From assembly GCF_964204645.1 (NCBI RefSeq), contig NC_134033.1, forward strand, positions 16,376,655 through 16,440,654: a stretch of 64,000 bases of DNA. The letters run 5' to 3'. The DNA comes from Tubulanus polymorphus. Taxonomy: Eukaryota; Animalia; Nemertea. The notes under the pieces are model-generated. The model was not told the origin of the DNA, ran no database searches, and was given only the letters and a program-made list of their open reading frames with translations. The translations under genes were made by a program, and so were the position numbers. This document shows, in pieces, positions 62,013 through 64,000 of this stretch. Numbering within the stretch: the stretch's first letter is position 1; every line of letters begins with the position of its first letter.

Positions 62013-64000
62013 GGAATTGAGAATCAGGGAACCCGGTAGCGTTGAGACTGCTGTAAATATTTCACTGAGTTGAGAATCAGGGAACTCGGTAGCGTCGGGA
62101 CTGCTGTAAATATTTCACTGAGTTGAGAATCAGGGAACTCGGTAGCGTCGGGACTGCTGTAAATATTTCACCGAGTTGAGAATCAGGGAACTCGGTAGCG
62201 TGTTGAGACTGCTGTAAATATTTCACTGAGTTGAGAATCAGGGAACTCGGTAGCGCGTTGAGACTGCTGTAAATATTTCACTGAGTTGAGAATCAGGAAA
62301 CTCGGTAGCGTCGGGACTGCTGTAAATATTTCACTGAGTTGAGAATCAGGGAACTCGGTAGCGTGTTGAGACTGCTGTAAATATTTCACTGAGTTGAGAA
62401 TCAGGGAACTCGGTAGCGTTGAGACTGCTGTAAATATTTCACCGAGTTGAGAATCAGGGAACTTGGTAGCGTGTTCAGACTGCTGTAAATATTTCACTGA
62501 GTTGAGAATCAGGGAACTCGGTAGCATGTTGAGACTGCTGTAAATATTTCACCGAGTTGAGAATTAGGGAACTCGGTAGCGTTGAGACTGCTGTAAATAT
62601 TTCACTGAGTTGAGAATCAGGGAACTCTGTAGCTTTAAGACTGCTGTAAATATTTCACCGAGTTGAGAATCAGGGAACTCGGTAGCGTGTTGAGACTGCT
62701 GTAAATATTTCACTGAGTTGAGAATCAGGGAACTCGGTAGCGTGTTGAGACTGCTGTAAATATTTCACTGAGCTGAGAATCAGGGAACTCGGTAGCGTGT
62801 TGAGACTGCTGTAAATATTTCACCGAGTTGAGAATCAGGGAACTCTGTAGCTTTAAGACTGCTGTAAATATTTCACCGAGTTGAGAATCAGGGAACTCTG
62901 TAGCTTTAAGACTGCTGTAAATATTTCACCGAGTTGAGAATCAGGGAACTCGGTAGCGCGTTGAGACTGCTGTAAATATTTCACTGAGTTGAGAATCAGG
63001 GAACTCGGTAGCGTCGGGACTGCTGTAAATATTTCACTGAGTTGAGAATCAGGGAACTCGGTAGCGTCGGGACTGCTGTAAATATTTCACCGAGTTGAGA
63101 ATCAGGGAACTCGGTAGCGTGTTGAGACTGCTGTAAATATTTCACTGAGTTGAGAATCAGGGAACTCGGTAGCGCGTTGAGACTGCTGTAAATATTTCAC
63201 TGAGTTGAGAATCAGGAAACTCGGTAGCGTCGGGACTGCTGTAAATATTTCACTGAGTTGAGAATCAGGGAACTCGGTAGCGTGTTGAGACTGCTGTAAA
63301 TATTTCACTGAGTTGAGAATCAGGGAACTCGGTAGCGTTGAGACTGCTGTAAATATTTCACCGAGTTGAGAATCAGGGAACTTGGTAGCGTGTTCAGACT
63401 GCTGTAAATATTTCACTGAGTTGAGAATCAGGGAACTCGGTAGCATGTTGAGACTGCTGTAAATATTTCACCGAGTTGAGAATTAGGGAACTCGGTAGCG
63501 TTGAGACTGCTGTAAATATTTCACTGAGTTGAGAATCAGGGAACTCTGTAGCTTTAAGACTGCTGTAAATATTTCACCGAGTTGAGAATCAGGGAACTCG
63601 GTAGCGTGTTGAGACTGCTGTAAATATTTCACTGAGTTGAGAATCAGGGAACTCGGTAGCGTGTTGAGACTGCTGTAAATATTTCACTGAGCTGAGAATC
63701 AGGGAACTCGGTAGCGTGTTGAGACTGCTGTAAATATTTCACCGAGTTGAGAATCAGGGAACTCTGTAGCTTTAAGACTGCTGTAAATATTTCACCGAGT
63801 TGAGAATCAGGGAACTCTGTAGCTTTAAGACTGCTGTAAATATTTCACCGAGTTGAGAATCAGGGAACTCTGTAGCTTTAAGACTGCTGTAAATATTTCA
63901 CCGAGTTGAGAATCAGGGAACTCGGTAGCGCGTTGAGACTGCTGTAAATATTTCACTGAGTTGAGAATCAGGGAACTCTGTAGCTTTAAGACTGCTGTAA
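62013..64000. repeat. 53/55-bp satellite in a photolyase intron with a 919-bp (17-monomer) higher-order repeat
   Basis: Monomer GAGTTGAGAATCAGGGAACTCGGTAGC(GT)GTTGAGACTGCTGTAAATATTTCACY. The same ordered series of variants recurs 919 bp apart (identical ORFs at 62183 and 63102). Confidence 0.95.

Noticed and set aside
62183-63446. Two identical 114-aa ORFs
   Set aside because: By-products of the satellite's higher-order repeat.

Overview
This is an AT-rich, intron-rich animal genome window, probably from a marine invertebrate (inference); it is not prokaryotic and contains no CRISPR array. Exon structures were reconstructed by hand from GT-AG sites and reading-frame phase. The genes, left to right, are: the 5' half of an astacin metalloprotease (-, small exons, mostly missed by the ORF track); an intronless class A peptide GPCR broken by a 1-nt frameshift (-); ANKMY1 (-, 16 coding exons); a candidate spliced non-coding locus built from tandem-duplicated exons behind a kappa-B site cluster (-); a decayed TXNL1 pseudogene (-); acid sphingomyelinase SMPD1 (+); a GPI-anchored Ly6/three-finger protein with a duplicated first exon (-); and a class II CPD photolyase (+, runs off the 3' end). 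Two signals stand out, both inside SMPD1. First, two paralogous active-site exons can only be used in a mutually exclusive way. Second, between them lies a 69-bp tandem array in which each unit, read on the minus strand, is a minimal Penelope-type hammerhead ribozyme (about 12 copies, 7 with an intact core). Introns are packed with MITEs and minisatellites, including a 53/55-bp satellite with a 919-bp higher-order period.
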